From Eledone cirrhosa (lineage: Eukaryota), in assembly GCA_964016885.1 (NCBI GenBank), contig OZ024747.1:49476001-49540000 (forward strand): DNA of 64,000 bases, in the 5' to 3' direction. Under the pieces are notes generated by a model. It did no database searches, had not been told where the DNA came from, and saw only the letters and a program-made list of their open reading frames with translations. The position numbers and the translations under genes were made by a program. How positions within the stretch are numbered: position 1 is the first letter of the stretch; every line of letters starts with the position of its first letter. Shown piece by piece: positions 12,841 to 24,261 of the stretch.

Positions 12841-14595
12841 GTATCTGTATATGTTAGTGTGTCTGTATCTGTATATGTTAGTGTGTCTGTATCTGTATAT
12901 GTTAGTGTGTCTGTATCTGTATATGTTAGTGTGTCTGTATTTGTATATGTTAGTGTGTCTGTATAGGTATATGTTAGTGTGTCTGTATTTGTATATGTTA
13001 GTGTGTCTGTATCTGTATATGTTAGTGTGTCTGTATCTGTATATGTTAGTGTGTCTGTATCTATATGTTAGTGTGTCTGTATCTGTATATGTTAGTGTGT
13101 CTGTATCTGTATATGTTAGTGTGTCTGTATCTGTATATGTCAGTGTGTCTGTATCTGTATATGTTAGTGTGTCTGTATCTGTATATGTTAGTGTCTGCAT
13201 CTGTATATGTTAGTGTGTCTGTATTTGTATATGTTAGTGTGTCTGTATCTATATGTTAGTGTGTCTGTATCTGTATATGTTAGTGTGTCTGTATCTGTAT
13301 ATGTTAGTGTGTCTGTATCTGTATATATTAGTGTCTGCATCTGTATATGTTAGTGTCTGCATCTGTATATGTTAGTGTGTCTGTATATGTATATGTTAGT
13401 GTCTGCATCTGTATATGTTAGTGTGTCTGTATATCTATATGTTAGTGTGTCTGTATCTGTATATGTTAGTGTGTCTGTATCTGTATATGTTAGTGTGTCT
13501 GTATCTGTATATGTCAGTGTGTCTGTATCTGTATATGTTAGTGTGTCTGTATCTGTATATGTTAGTGTGTCTGTATCTGTATATGTTAGTGTCTGCATCT
13601 GTATATGTTAGTGTGTCTGTATATGTATATGTTAGTGTCTGCATCTGTATATGTTAGTGTGTCTGTATATCTATATGTTAGTGTGTCTGTATCTGTATAT
13701 GTTAGTGTGTCTGTATCTGTATATGTTAGTGTGTCTGTATCTGTATATGTTAGTGTGTCTGTATCTGTATATGTTAGTGTGTCTGTATCTGTATATGTTA
13801 GTGTGTCTGTATCTGTATATGTTAGTGTGTCTGTATCTGTATATGTTAGTGTGTCTGTATCTGTATATGTCAGTGTGTCTGTATCTGTATATGTTAGTGT
13901 GTCTGTATCTGTATATGTTAGTGTCTGCATCTGTATATGTTAGTGTGTCTGTATTTGTATATGTTAGTGTGTCTGTATCTGTATATGTTAGTGTGTCTGT
14001 ATCTGTATATGTTAGTGTGTCTGTATCTGTATATGTTAGTGTGTCTGTATCTGTATATGTTAGTGTGTCTGTATCTATATGTTAGTGTGTCTGTATCTGT
14101 ATATGTTAGTGTGTCTGTATCTGTATATGTTAGTGTCTGCATCTGTATATGTTAGTGTGTCTGTATATGTATATGTTAGTGTTTGCATCTGTATATGTTA
14201 GTGTGTCTGTATATCTATATGTTAGTGTGTCTGTATCTGTATATGTTAGTGTGTCTGTATCTGTATATGTTAGTGTCTGTATCTGTATATGTCAGTGTGT
14301 CTGTATCTGTATATGTTAGTGTGTCTGTATCTGTATATGTTAGTGTGTCTGTATATGTATATGTTAGTGTGTCTGTATATGTATATGTTAGTGTGTCTAT
14401 ATGTATATGTTAGTGTATCTGTATTTGTATATGTATATGTCAGTGTGTCTGTGTTGTATATGTTAGTGTGTCTGTATATGTATATGTTAGTGTGTCTGTA
14501 TATGTATATGTTAGTATGTTAGTGTGTCTGTATTTGTATATGTCAGTGTGTCTGTATTGTATATGTTAGTGTGTCTGTATTGTATAAGTGTCTAT
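12841..14595. repeat. 24-bp minisatellite GTATCTGTATATGTTAGTGTGTCT, about 70 units with 22-bp variants
   Basis: Direct reading; source of the TDTLTY and VSVSVY ORFs. Confidence 0.97.
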
Positions 14596-14957
14596 TTGTG
14601 CATGTCTTCAAAAACCAGAATAGAGAGAGGGGATGGAAGGAAAGACAAAAGAAGTTGGGAGCTGAGAAGGAGAAAGAGAAAAGTAACTAAAAGGAAGTGG
14701 GTTGAAAGCCTGACACACTGTATCATATAACCAAATAAAGGCCAGCCTGCCATGTGACTAAACAGAAAGCAGCCATGAGACAAAAAAAATAGATTTTTGA
14801 TTAGAAATGATATTACAATGCTTGCAATTCTCCCCCTTCCACTCTTATATTAACTCTTTCATTACCATATTTCTAATGAAAGACAATACCTGTGATTTTC
14901 AAATCATTTTGGAAATAATCAAGAATCTCAAGAGAGCAATTTGAAAATTTTGGAAGT

Positions 14958-15355
14958 CAATGTTTTTCTATATTTACTATTCTACCTTTTTAACACCAAG
15001 TATATTGAAGGTGACACCCTATTTCGAAAGGCAATGTTTTTCTATATTTACTATTCTACCTTTTTAACACCAAGTATATTGAAGGGGACACCCTATTTCG
15101 AGAGGCAATGTTTTTCTATATTTACTATTCTACCTTTTTAACACCAAGTATATTGAAGTGGACACCCTATTTCGAGAGGCAATGTTTTTCTATATTTACT
15201 ATTCTACCTTTTTAACACCAAGTATGTTTTATATTGAAGAGGACATCCTATTTTGGGAGGCTATTTCTTCTATATTTTATATTCTACCCTTTTAATACCA
15301 AGTACACCCTGTTTTGGGAGGCAATCCTTTTCTACATTTTATATTTTACACCAAA
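14958..15355. repeat. 74-bp tandem repeat, about 5 units decaying rightwards
   Basis: Unit starts (caatgttttt) at 14958, 15032, 15106 and 15180. Confidence 0.92.
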
Positions 15356-15899
15356 TATTTTGAAGTTTTGTGTTGGGTGCAGAGCAACTGTTATCATTTT
15401 CCCATCCTTTTTTCTGTGTTGGCATGGGTTGGACGAAATATTTTGAGGCAATGTTTTATGGCTGGGTACATTTCTTGATGCTATAAAACCAAATCAGAAG
15501 ATTGCCAGGAAAAATATTGTCAGAGAAAAACATGTATGTCTGTGAGTGTATGAGTATGGAATATTTATGTATTAAAAAGTTCAAAAATTTGTAGGAAATA
15601 TATTCAAGGGAATGCATAAATAACACTGACAATGATATAGTAAATGTAGAAAAACAGTGTTTCATTGTAAAATAATCACTTCAGATATTTTAGCACCTTA
15701 TTTATGTAGAATTTGAAGTTGGTTAAAATCGTCAAAATATTGATCCCTAAATATAAGTTGATATATGTTTGCCATTACGAGTAATAGGGTAACTAAATCA
15801 AATGTATAAATATCAGGTTATAACAAAAGTTCTGTCAGTTTTCTTTTAAAGTAAATCTCGAGTTAGATTTAAAGATGTTCTCAATTATATGTCAAAATC

Positions 15900-16600
15900 A
15901 TGTTTCATTTTCTTTCAGATTTTGTCAAATTTATCTTTATTGAAGCTGTTGTAGTGGTGTTCACTCCAAGTAAAGAATACATTTGCCATGTTATTTTTTA
16001 TAAATTTCAAAAACCTAATATTGCAAGTAGCAAAATCACTCCAAAACATTTATGGAGATGGCATAGTAACTGAAAGAACATGCAGGAAATGGTTTCAACA
16101 ATTCAGAAACAGGGACTACAGCCTACAGGATGAATCAAGCTGCTGATGCAACCCCGACCATTACAGTTTGGAATTGAAAGGGTTTGGTAAAGTGTCAAAG
16201 GTTGAAAAATGGGTTCCACAAGATCTCTCTGCAGACAATCACAAACGTGTTGACTGCTGTGCATCATCACATTCTCGTGAGCTGCAAATGCCTTTTTAAA
16301 ACAGTCATTACTGGGGATTAGAAATGGATATTTTACCATAATGATAAGCTAAGAGGTTAGTGGTTCAGTCATGGTGAAGAGCCAGCTCAGCAGCCCAAAG
16401 TGCTCTGCATCCAAGGAAAATTCTTCTGGATTGTATGGTGGGATTTACAGGGAATAATTCATCATGAGCTGCTAGGTCATAAACAATAACAGCCAAAGTC
16501 TATTGCCAACAGCTTTGCAGTAAAAATGCCCATCATTTACAAACAGAAAAAGAGTAATCCTTCATCATGATATTGGTAAACCTCACACTGCATAAAAGAC
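15900..16600 (+). mobile_element. Degenerate mariner transposase remnant
   Basis: Fragments TERTCRKWFQQFRNRDYSLQDE, LHPRKILL, WWDLQGIIHHELL, NRKRVILHHD with stops and frameshifts; ends uncertain. Confidence 0.8.
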
Positions 16601-16603
16601 CAA

Positions 16604-17590
16604 TGATGATGATCATCATCGTTTAACGTCTATCTTCCACGCTAGCATGGGTAAAACAGGATTGTCCCACTTGAGGCAAGATTGATCGGGTGACCGTGTC
16701 TTGCTCATATAAAACTGTTTCTGGCTGATTTTCTACAGCTGGATGCCCTTCCTAACATCAACCACATTTACAGTGTGGACTGGGAGCCTTTTCACCGTCT
16801 CCTACACGACCACTTTGCAGTGGATTAGATGTTCTGTGGTACCAACATAACTTTACAGAGAAAGGGTGGTGTGGGTGGAAGTGGGAGGATGGAGTAGGTT
16901 GTATATTTAGTTAAGAGATGCCTACTGACTGTAGGTTTAAGTTTGTACATAACGGGTCTTCTGTATTACTGCATAGTGCCAAAGATCACGATCCAGTGAC
17001 ATTGTCTTAGAGAGGTGTAAGTGTGCAAGGTCAGATTTTATCACATCGTCCCAGGATTTTCTGGGTCTACCAACTCCGTAACTTCCTTCAATTTTGATCG
17101 CCCTGCACTTTTTTTTATACAACTGTCGTCTTTCATGCGCATCACATGACCGTACCAACGTAATCTTCTCTCAAGTAACCATCATCTGATCCCTCTTATT
17201 CCTAATTTCTCAGTTTGTTTATGTTTTACCGTTCGTGTATATTACTATTACACATCCATTGGAGCATGCATGCTTCGTTCCTTTCCAATCTGCGCAGATC
17301 CTCTGCACACAACGCCCATGTAACATTGCTGTTTGTATACAAGCATCATACAATCTGCCTTTCATTTTTAGAGAGAAACCTTTTGTGGCCAACAGTGGTA
17401 TTAGCTCTCTGAACTTTTCCCATCCCGTTCTTACTCTGGCTACTACACTTTCAAATTTTGTCACCCAGGTCCAGAAAGTGTCCACTATTTCTATAGAACC
17501 ATCTGGGCAGTAGAAGGAGCTAGTATCCTGTGGCCACTTGCTACTTATTACTACTTATTGCACCCGAGCATTGGCCACATATAAAGTTAA
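16604..17590 (-). mobile_element. RTE-clade LINE, 5'-truncated with frameshifts
   Basis: GWEKFRELIPLLATKGFSLKMKGRLYDAC and GVGRPRKSWDD; 3' UTR with GAT tail. Confidence 0.9.
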
Positions 17591-17873
17591 TGGTTACCAT
17601 TAACTAAATCCGATATTGTGTTTTCATTGTTTTATTGAGCATTAAAAATGAACAGTACTTTCGTTACAACCTAACATATAAATAAAAATAAACATTCACT
17701 ACAGAAACATTTGGCTAAAATAATTCATAATATCATACATATATGTGGGGTAAAAGTGACTGGAGAATATGGGGCAAAAAGAAATTGAGAAATGGAATAT
17801 ATATTTTCTTCAAGAATTTCATCTTTATCCTTAAGTTTTTATATAAAAAAAATATATAAAAACTGCTCCCCAC

Positions 17874-17875
<2 letters not shown>

Positions 17876-17938
<63 letters not shown>

Positions 17939-17939
17939 C

Positions 17940-18004
<65 letters not shown>
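17876..18004. repeat. (TG)n-(CG)n-(TA)n compound microsatellite
   Basis: Direct reading. Confidence 0.97.
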
Positions 18005-18007
<3 letters not shown>

Positions 18008-18010
<3 letters not shown>

Positions 18011-18954
18011 AAATATAAAACAATCAAATTTTTGCTTAATACATTTAATTGCTGACGATAGTTTCTTCCAGACAACTGTTTGGAACCATTTTTAACAACT
18101 TTTTTTTCTTTAGACTTTGTGAATTAATTCTTAATAGAACTCACAGACAGGAACGTGAAATAATCCTTAATAAAGAATCTAAAGAGAGGAATGTATTATA
18201 TATCTTTCTAATACGTATATTGACATGGCAACAAAAACAGTGGGATTAATGTTTATTTTGTACATATATTTAAACTATACCTATTTCACATACAACTATA
18301 AATAAAAACATTCCAAGTATTGAACCTTTGCTTTACACCCAGCATAAACATTTCTACAGGAACTTTAGTATAAACATTTTTGAATGATACTAACTTATCT
18401 CATTTGCATTACACAACATTTATTCATCTTATCATTACGTTTTTTTTTAACCATAATGCATGCCATTTCTAACCTTTTTAACATTCAGTATGTAATAAGC
18501 TTGATATATTCATTTTCTAATTTTTACCTCACACATGCCTTCATTAATATTATATATATTTTGCTTCATATATCAGTACTATCACATTTAAAAGAAAGAT
18601 AAAAGATATCAATCTTTTATCTTTCTTCTATAACATTTTTTTGCACCTGAATTACCTCAATAACTTTCTATATAATATGCTCACTATTTTCACTTTATGT
18701 AATAACCTCTTCACAGCAGTTCCTAATACTTTGATATCTGTATAACATAATATCATTTTGTCACTCTTGCTCTTCAATATGATGTCACTGACACTGTCAA
18801 TAGTAATGTATCTTTATGAATATTCAGAGGACTAGGATTATAATTACTTGTTTAAACATTGTGTATGCTCTGATGATTCCAGACAGCTGTCTAGAAGAAA
18901 TGATCATCAGTAATTAAATGTATTAAGCAAAAATTTGATTGTTTTATATTTTGT
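18008..18954. mobile_element. Putative Penelope-like insertion bounded by ~78-bp inverted copies
   Basis: 18008-18085 is the reverse complement of 18877-18954; the right copy overlaps a hammerhead motif; no convincing ORF inside. Confidence 0.55.
18866..18912 (+). ncRNA. Minimal type I hammerhead ribozyme motif
   Basis: UGCU-CUGAUGA-UUC-c-AGACAGCUGUCU-a-GAA-GAAA-UGAUCA-UC^AGUA; palindromic helix III AUGAUCAU; the inverted copy reads GAAACUAUCGUC^AGCA. Confidence 0.75.
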
Positions 18955-19439
18955 ATCTCGGCTCTGTAATACATCTGCTAATTTACATTGAGTTTTTTCT
19001 GTTACTGGTAATTGGGTAGTGCTTAATACTACCCTTTCCCAATTATAATTTATAATTATATAGATATATATAACCCACAGTAGCGTGAAAAATGGATGTT
19101 AAATGATGATGATGATACACACTCACGTGTTTGGTCAGTAGTGTACAGAATCATATATTAATAAAGTATATTTGTATATTTATAAGTAATAAAACACCTT
19201 TTATCATTTGGATGATAAAAATATAATAAAACAGTTAGTATTTGAATGTAGCACTTTCATATTTCTGGTTTGGCTACCCTTTAAATAACTAATTTTATAT
19301 TTTAATAAATCTCATGAAAGATGAAAGTATTAGATTCAAATTATAAACAATGTTTTTAATTTTTTTTTTATCCAAGTGATAAACAGTGTTTAAATACTTC
19401 TGACAATTATACTTTATTAATATATACATACACACATAC

Positions 19440-19454
19440 ATTATATATATATAT

Positions 19455-19533
<79 letters not shown>

Positions 19534-19536
19534 TAT
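19440..19536. repeat. (TA)n microsatellite
   Basis: Direct reading. Confidence 0.95.
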
Positions 19537-19676
19537 ACATGTAGCCTACATGATGAACAAGCATATAACATACAATTTATGTTACAAAACTGAATAAAAG
19601 AACTAGAACTTAGGATGTTCTGGTTTCGCAAAACTAGAAATTCAGTTGGAGGTGAAGAAATAGCATAGAAACTTAC

Positions 19677-21152
19677 CTTCATTTAGTAAAATGTTTTCCC
19701 TGCTGTTGTCTTCAAGATATGTAAATTTCCTCATAGAGAAAGACATTGACCGAGATTCATTGATGTGTAAATAAACTGGGAGGTTTTCGTTGCTGCTTTG
19801 TGTGGCACTACCGCCACTGTTACTATTGGGGGAGAAGAAGGGCTGCTGGGATAGGTTAGTATTTGACGGAGATAGAGGTTGACTGGTAGATTCCACAATG
19901 TTTTCTTTTGCATCAGAGTCACTGGTAGCATTGCAATGGTAGCACTTGGAGTGGTGGCTGACCACACTAGAAGCTGTGCCATTCTTCTTGGGACACCGAC
20001 ACTCCTCCAACACATTTAACTTGGAGCTACGCTGGAACACTGTAGGGGGAGGTGCTGGTGGCGGTGATGTTGCATCTGACTTTGTTGTGTCCATGATGAC
20101 ACCACAGCAGCCGGTGCAGCTGTTGCGTTGCTTCACCATGCGGCACCACTTACTATCGCTCAGTCTGTTATGAAGATCACAGCAGCTAGGAGAAGTAGGG
20201 GGAGGTGGGGAAGGGAAGTTTGTAGCAAGATGATGGTGGCTGTGGAGGAGGTGGCTGTTGTGGTGATGGTGGTGGTGGTGGTGGTGAAGATGGTGATGAC
20301 AAGAGGAGGTAGAAGTAAGAGTTCTATCACAGACAGTGCAGCAGGATTGCTTCATGCATCGGTTAGTAGAATCCTCACCACCCCCACTACTGTTGTTCAA
20401 AGATGGAGGACAAGAGTTTTCACAGTTGCAGTTCCAACAGTAGCCTGATGTCTTACTGTGTCGGCAGCAGGTGTTGGTAGTGGACTCACCACAGCATGCT
20501 GAGCAGCAAGTATATTGCTCCAGACTGTCAGCATTGGATGGATTAACTGAGTGAAGTCGAGTTCTTTGGCAGCACTTTGTCACTTTGTCACTGGCTGTTG
20601 TAGTGTTGTTACTGGTTGTATTGTTACAGCTATTACTAGTCATGTTATTAGTAGCTGCTACAACAGTATTATTACTGGTTAAACTATTGGAAACACCTGT
20701 TATTGACACACTCGTGCTCGATGCTTTGTTTGCTTGCAATCCTTTTGAATTGTTCTTACCCCAGCAATCTTCATCGGATTCAGCAGCTGAATCCGATGAG
20801 CCTGTTGGAGATCCCCTGAAGTCATAGTATCCATTAATGAGGTGGTGGTAAGCCTCTGCTCGGCTACCACTACCATCGACCCCTGAGTTAGCTGAGACAG
20901 GGTTGGTGCTGCCACAGCTGAATAGTCTTTTAGATTCATCCACAGAGTTGTTTGCCTTGTTACACTGCGTTACAGGCTGGTTGATACGGAAGTCGAGAGC
21001 AACCAGAGAGTCACCTGTGTTCAGAACCACCATTCCATCCATTTTGAGCTGAATTTGTGGAATAAATGCTGGAAATGGTGGTGCCAATTCATACTTGCTG
21101 TAGATACAAAAACTGTGTTTTACACACATAACTTTCTTTTTGCGCTTTGTAC
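19677..21152 (-). CDS. DCAF15: DCAF15 large coding exon (1476 nt): conserved CVKHSFCIYSKYELAPPFPAFIPQIQLKMDGMVVLNTGDSLVA followed by a long low-complexity linker
   Basis: Lies within ORF 19642-21225; acceptor 21153-21154, donor gtaagt at 19675-19676; phase 1 to 1; matches human [43 protein letters not shown]. Confidence 0.95.
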
Positions 21153-22289
21153 CTGAAAGACAAAATGAAAACCAAGTTAATAATGACCACACATGTAAGA
21201 AATCATTTATAAGGACATTGGTCATTGTTGAAATTAAACTCTATACCAATAGTTGTCAACCTGTATCCTACAGATCCCCAGGACTCTGCAAAAATAGGAC
21301 TGGGGACCATAAACTGATTGAGTAGACAGACCTTTCAAAACATGGAGTCGAGAGTAGGCAGGCCTTCCAAAAAAAAAAAACAGGGGGTTCAACTGCTACT
21401 ATAATGGTTTCTGCTGGTCTCCTGCCACCACCACCACCCATGAACTCCCAATTCACTTGTATCTCCTCCTCCCATCACCCATGTTATGTCCAACACCTAC
21501 CTCCAGACCCGACACTAACAGTACATCAGCCCCCCTGTAGCACTCTCCCAACTCACATGTCATTACTTTCTGTTCAACCACTACAACCAGTCCTTCCTTC
21601 CCAGAATGCTGGGTCTTTGGAATTCCTCTGTTAACCCTTCTTTCCCAAAACAAATGGACCTGTAACAATTTAAACAAAACAAACATCTTCAATTTGTTTG
21701 GTCTGGGAGGGTGTGTGAAGGCCATGAGCACTCCCACCTCCTCCAGACCAATCAAGTGAAAAATAAATAAATAGTAGCAGGGGATTCACCTAACTAGAAC
21801 CATATATTTGCCAATAAAATATACTTCTGCTAAAGTTTGAAAACATCACTCATAAGGATTTAAAAAAAAAAAAGTTTGAATAGTCAACAATGCAAATGAT
21901 AATAAAAAATAGTTTTATTCTAATTTCGTTTGTTAAAAGATCCTTTCCATAGAATGGGAAGCAATAAGTCAACATGGTAAATTTGTAGGTTTTCTGTTTT
22001 TTTACAATGTAGATCTTCAGCTGGACAGCAGCTAAAGTTGGAATGTGACAGACAGACAGACGGTAGTAATTGAAATCAGCAGCAGTTCATTTCCTGCCAT
22101 CTTACCTCAGTCTAAACTGGTTTTTCAACTACAATGAAGAACTTTTTTTTTTTTTATAGATGTTTGATATTCATTTTTTTTTTATTACTTCAAAAAGTTG
22201 ATTATTATTATTATGAAAGATACACTAATAGAATAACTAAAACTATTTTGAAAAAAAATGATAAAATATTATTATTAATATTATTATGA

Positions 22290-22575
22290 AGAGGCTGTGG
22301 AGGTAAGGAGTTTGCTTGGCAACTATGTGGTTCCAAGTTCAGTTCCACAACATGTCACCTTGGAAAAGTGTCTTCTATAGTTTACCAATGTTTCATGAGT
22401 GAAATTTGGTGGACAGGAACTGTGCTGAAGCCCATTCTCTTTGTCTATGTCCAGTAACCCAACAGTTTAATAAAGATATCAATGAAATAAATAGCAGACT
22501 TGAAAAATATAAGTACTGGGGGTTCGTGTGTTTGAATACATCCTTTCAAGTTAGTGCCCAAGCATGGCCACAATA
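22290..22575 (+). mobile_element. SINE-like family C, degenerate
   Basis: Head ggctgtggaggtaaggagtttgc..aagttcagttcc..caccttgg..agtgtcttct shared with 31020, 32630 and 59090. Confidence 0.6.
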
Positions 22576-22579
22576 TAAT

Positions 22580-22768
22580 TGTTTCTACTTTTGGCACAAA
22601 GCCAGCAATTACCCCCAGTGCATTACTGGGGCTTTATTTTATCGATCCCGTAAGGATGAAAGGCAAAGTTAACTTCGACAGGATTTGAACTCAAACCGCA
22701 AAGGGCCATAACTCTGTGCTGCAAAGCATGGCGTCCGACCCTCTGCTGATTCTGCCAATCCACCGCCA
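22580..22768 (-). mobile_element. SINE-like family B copy
   Basis: Reverse complement of the 9698-9880 type. Confidence 0.75.
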
Positions 22769-22820
22769 CAATATAATGGCTGAAAGCAATAAGAGAATCA
22801 TTTAAAAAAAATCTACTTAC

Positions 22821-22927
22821 AGGAAGAATTTGATTCAGTAATATAACAATCTTTGCAAGCATTGAGAGGTGGTACGGCAGTTATAGTTATGAAGCACTGA
22901 CTACCTTCTTCTCGACTTCTTGGAACA
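22821..22927 (-). CDS. DCAF15: DCAF15 coding exon: (S)VPRSREEGSQCFITITAVPPLNACKDCYITESNSS
   Basis: 107 nt, phase 2 to 1, tag/gtaagt; matches human DIYVSTVAVPPPGRCAAC; CxxC here plus CxxH in the next exon gives the zinc site. Confidence 0.92.
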
Positions 22928-23463
22928 CTACAGAAAATAGAAAAGGAAAATTAGAAAATTTACACAGACACATACACATACATACATACATACAAAGAAA
23001 AACCATCAGTCCTACTGCATGCCACCATACGCAAGTGTTTACTATTATAGCTTCAGATTGTGCAATATCTTGTGAGCGAAATTTGGTAGACAGAAGCTGT
23101 GAAGAATCATATCATGCGTATGTGAAGCACCCCCCACAGATCTGTCTACTGTTTATGACCTGCAACTTGGTTCAGCAAATTGAGGTTGATAAAATAAGTA
23201 CCAGATTTAAAAAATAAATAGGTAAATATAAGTATTGAGGTCAATTTCACTGACCAAATCTGTTGATGGTGGTGGTACACTAAATTTAAAAAAGAAAAGT
23301 AACACAAAAAGAAGAGAGCAGTATTTTGGAAATAAATATTAAGATGTCAACAGAATTGTTTATAGAGCCTAGTGAGCGAAGGAGGACATGAAAAATTTAT
23401 TTTAATTTCATAAAATCTATCACCAAGTAGACAATGGAGTTCTCATATTGAGCAAATATTTAA

Positions 23464-23689
23464 CCCTTTTGATACCAACCCAGCCAAAACCAACTCTGGT
23501 TCTATGAAACAAAACAACTAATTTTAAAGGGTTCCTATTTAAATTAAAATCTTTCAAGAATTTTATATAAAAACCAAATGTTAAGTTACTATCTAAGTAA
23601 TGAAATAATTATTAACTTTAGTAAATACTTCAATAGTCTCCATTAATTAAAATAGGGTGCATTTCATTAGAAATACAGCAGCAGAAGGG
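23464..23689. mobile_element. piggyBac-type MITE family B
   Basis: TTAA-CCCTTTTG ... CAGAAGGG-TTAA; degenerate relatives near 7760, 14853, 45900, 49345, 51552, 52050, 60800 and 61390. Confidence 0.65.
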
Positions 23690-23760
23690 TTAATTTGATA
23701 AAGTATCATTAAATAGACAATGGAGCTCATCTTGTTTTGAACAAATTTTAAGATATAAAC

Positions 23761-23805
<45 letters not shown>

Positions 23806-24261
23806 GGTTTGTGGAAAGGAATTTATTCCTTTGTTCAAAATTTGAATTTTGACTGCCAAAACCCGGGGGTTACCTCCCTTTGGGAAAACCATGTGACCGC
23901 CAGCAGAGCTGACTGCTAAAACTCACACTCGACACGGCTGAGAACGAATACCTGTTGAGAAAGTGAAACCTCTGTTTGATCTTCCAAAACTAATAACTTG
24001 CATTCCCCGCAAGTGGATTTTGTTGATTTCGGATTCACAGAAACCTAGTGGAGATATTGTATAATAGCGACACAATGGTCCAGGTTTGTAAAATTATCCT
24101 GAGTCAGTTTTCTCGTTGCTTTGGTCCCTGCAGCTGGCTTACCGGTCGCAATCTTCAATTTGCAAAGCTGTCTAAACGTAATGGTAAAATACCTTATTGA
24201 GTGCTTAGCTGCAGCCAGAGCTTCGATTATGCTGAACTTCCATTTGTATTATATATATTGT

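Noticed and set aside
12796-14730. Repetitive TDTLTY and VSVSVY proteins; possible CRISPR-like array
   Set aside because: Pure tandem minisatellite with no unique spacers, no cas genes, eukaryotic intron.
21153-21225. N-terminal MTNVLINDF.. of the 527-aa ORF as a real start
   Set aside because: Intronic read-through upstream of a good acceptor; homology continues in exon 22821-22927.
24121-24261. N-terminus of the 452-aa ORF as part of the RT protein
   Set aside because: RT similarity starts at about 24262 (HYERLLN); the upstream part is unrelated flank in frame by chance.
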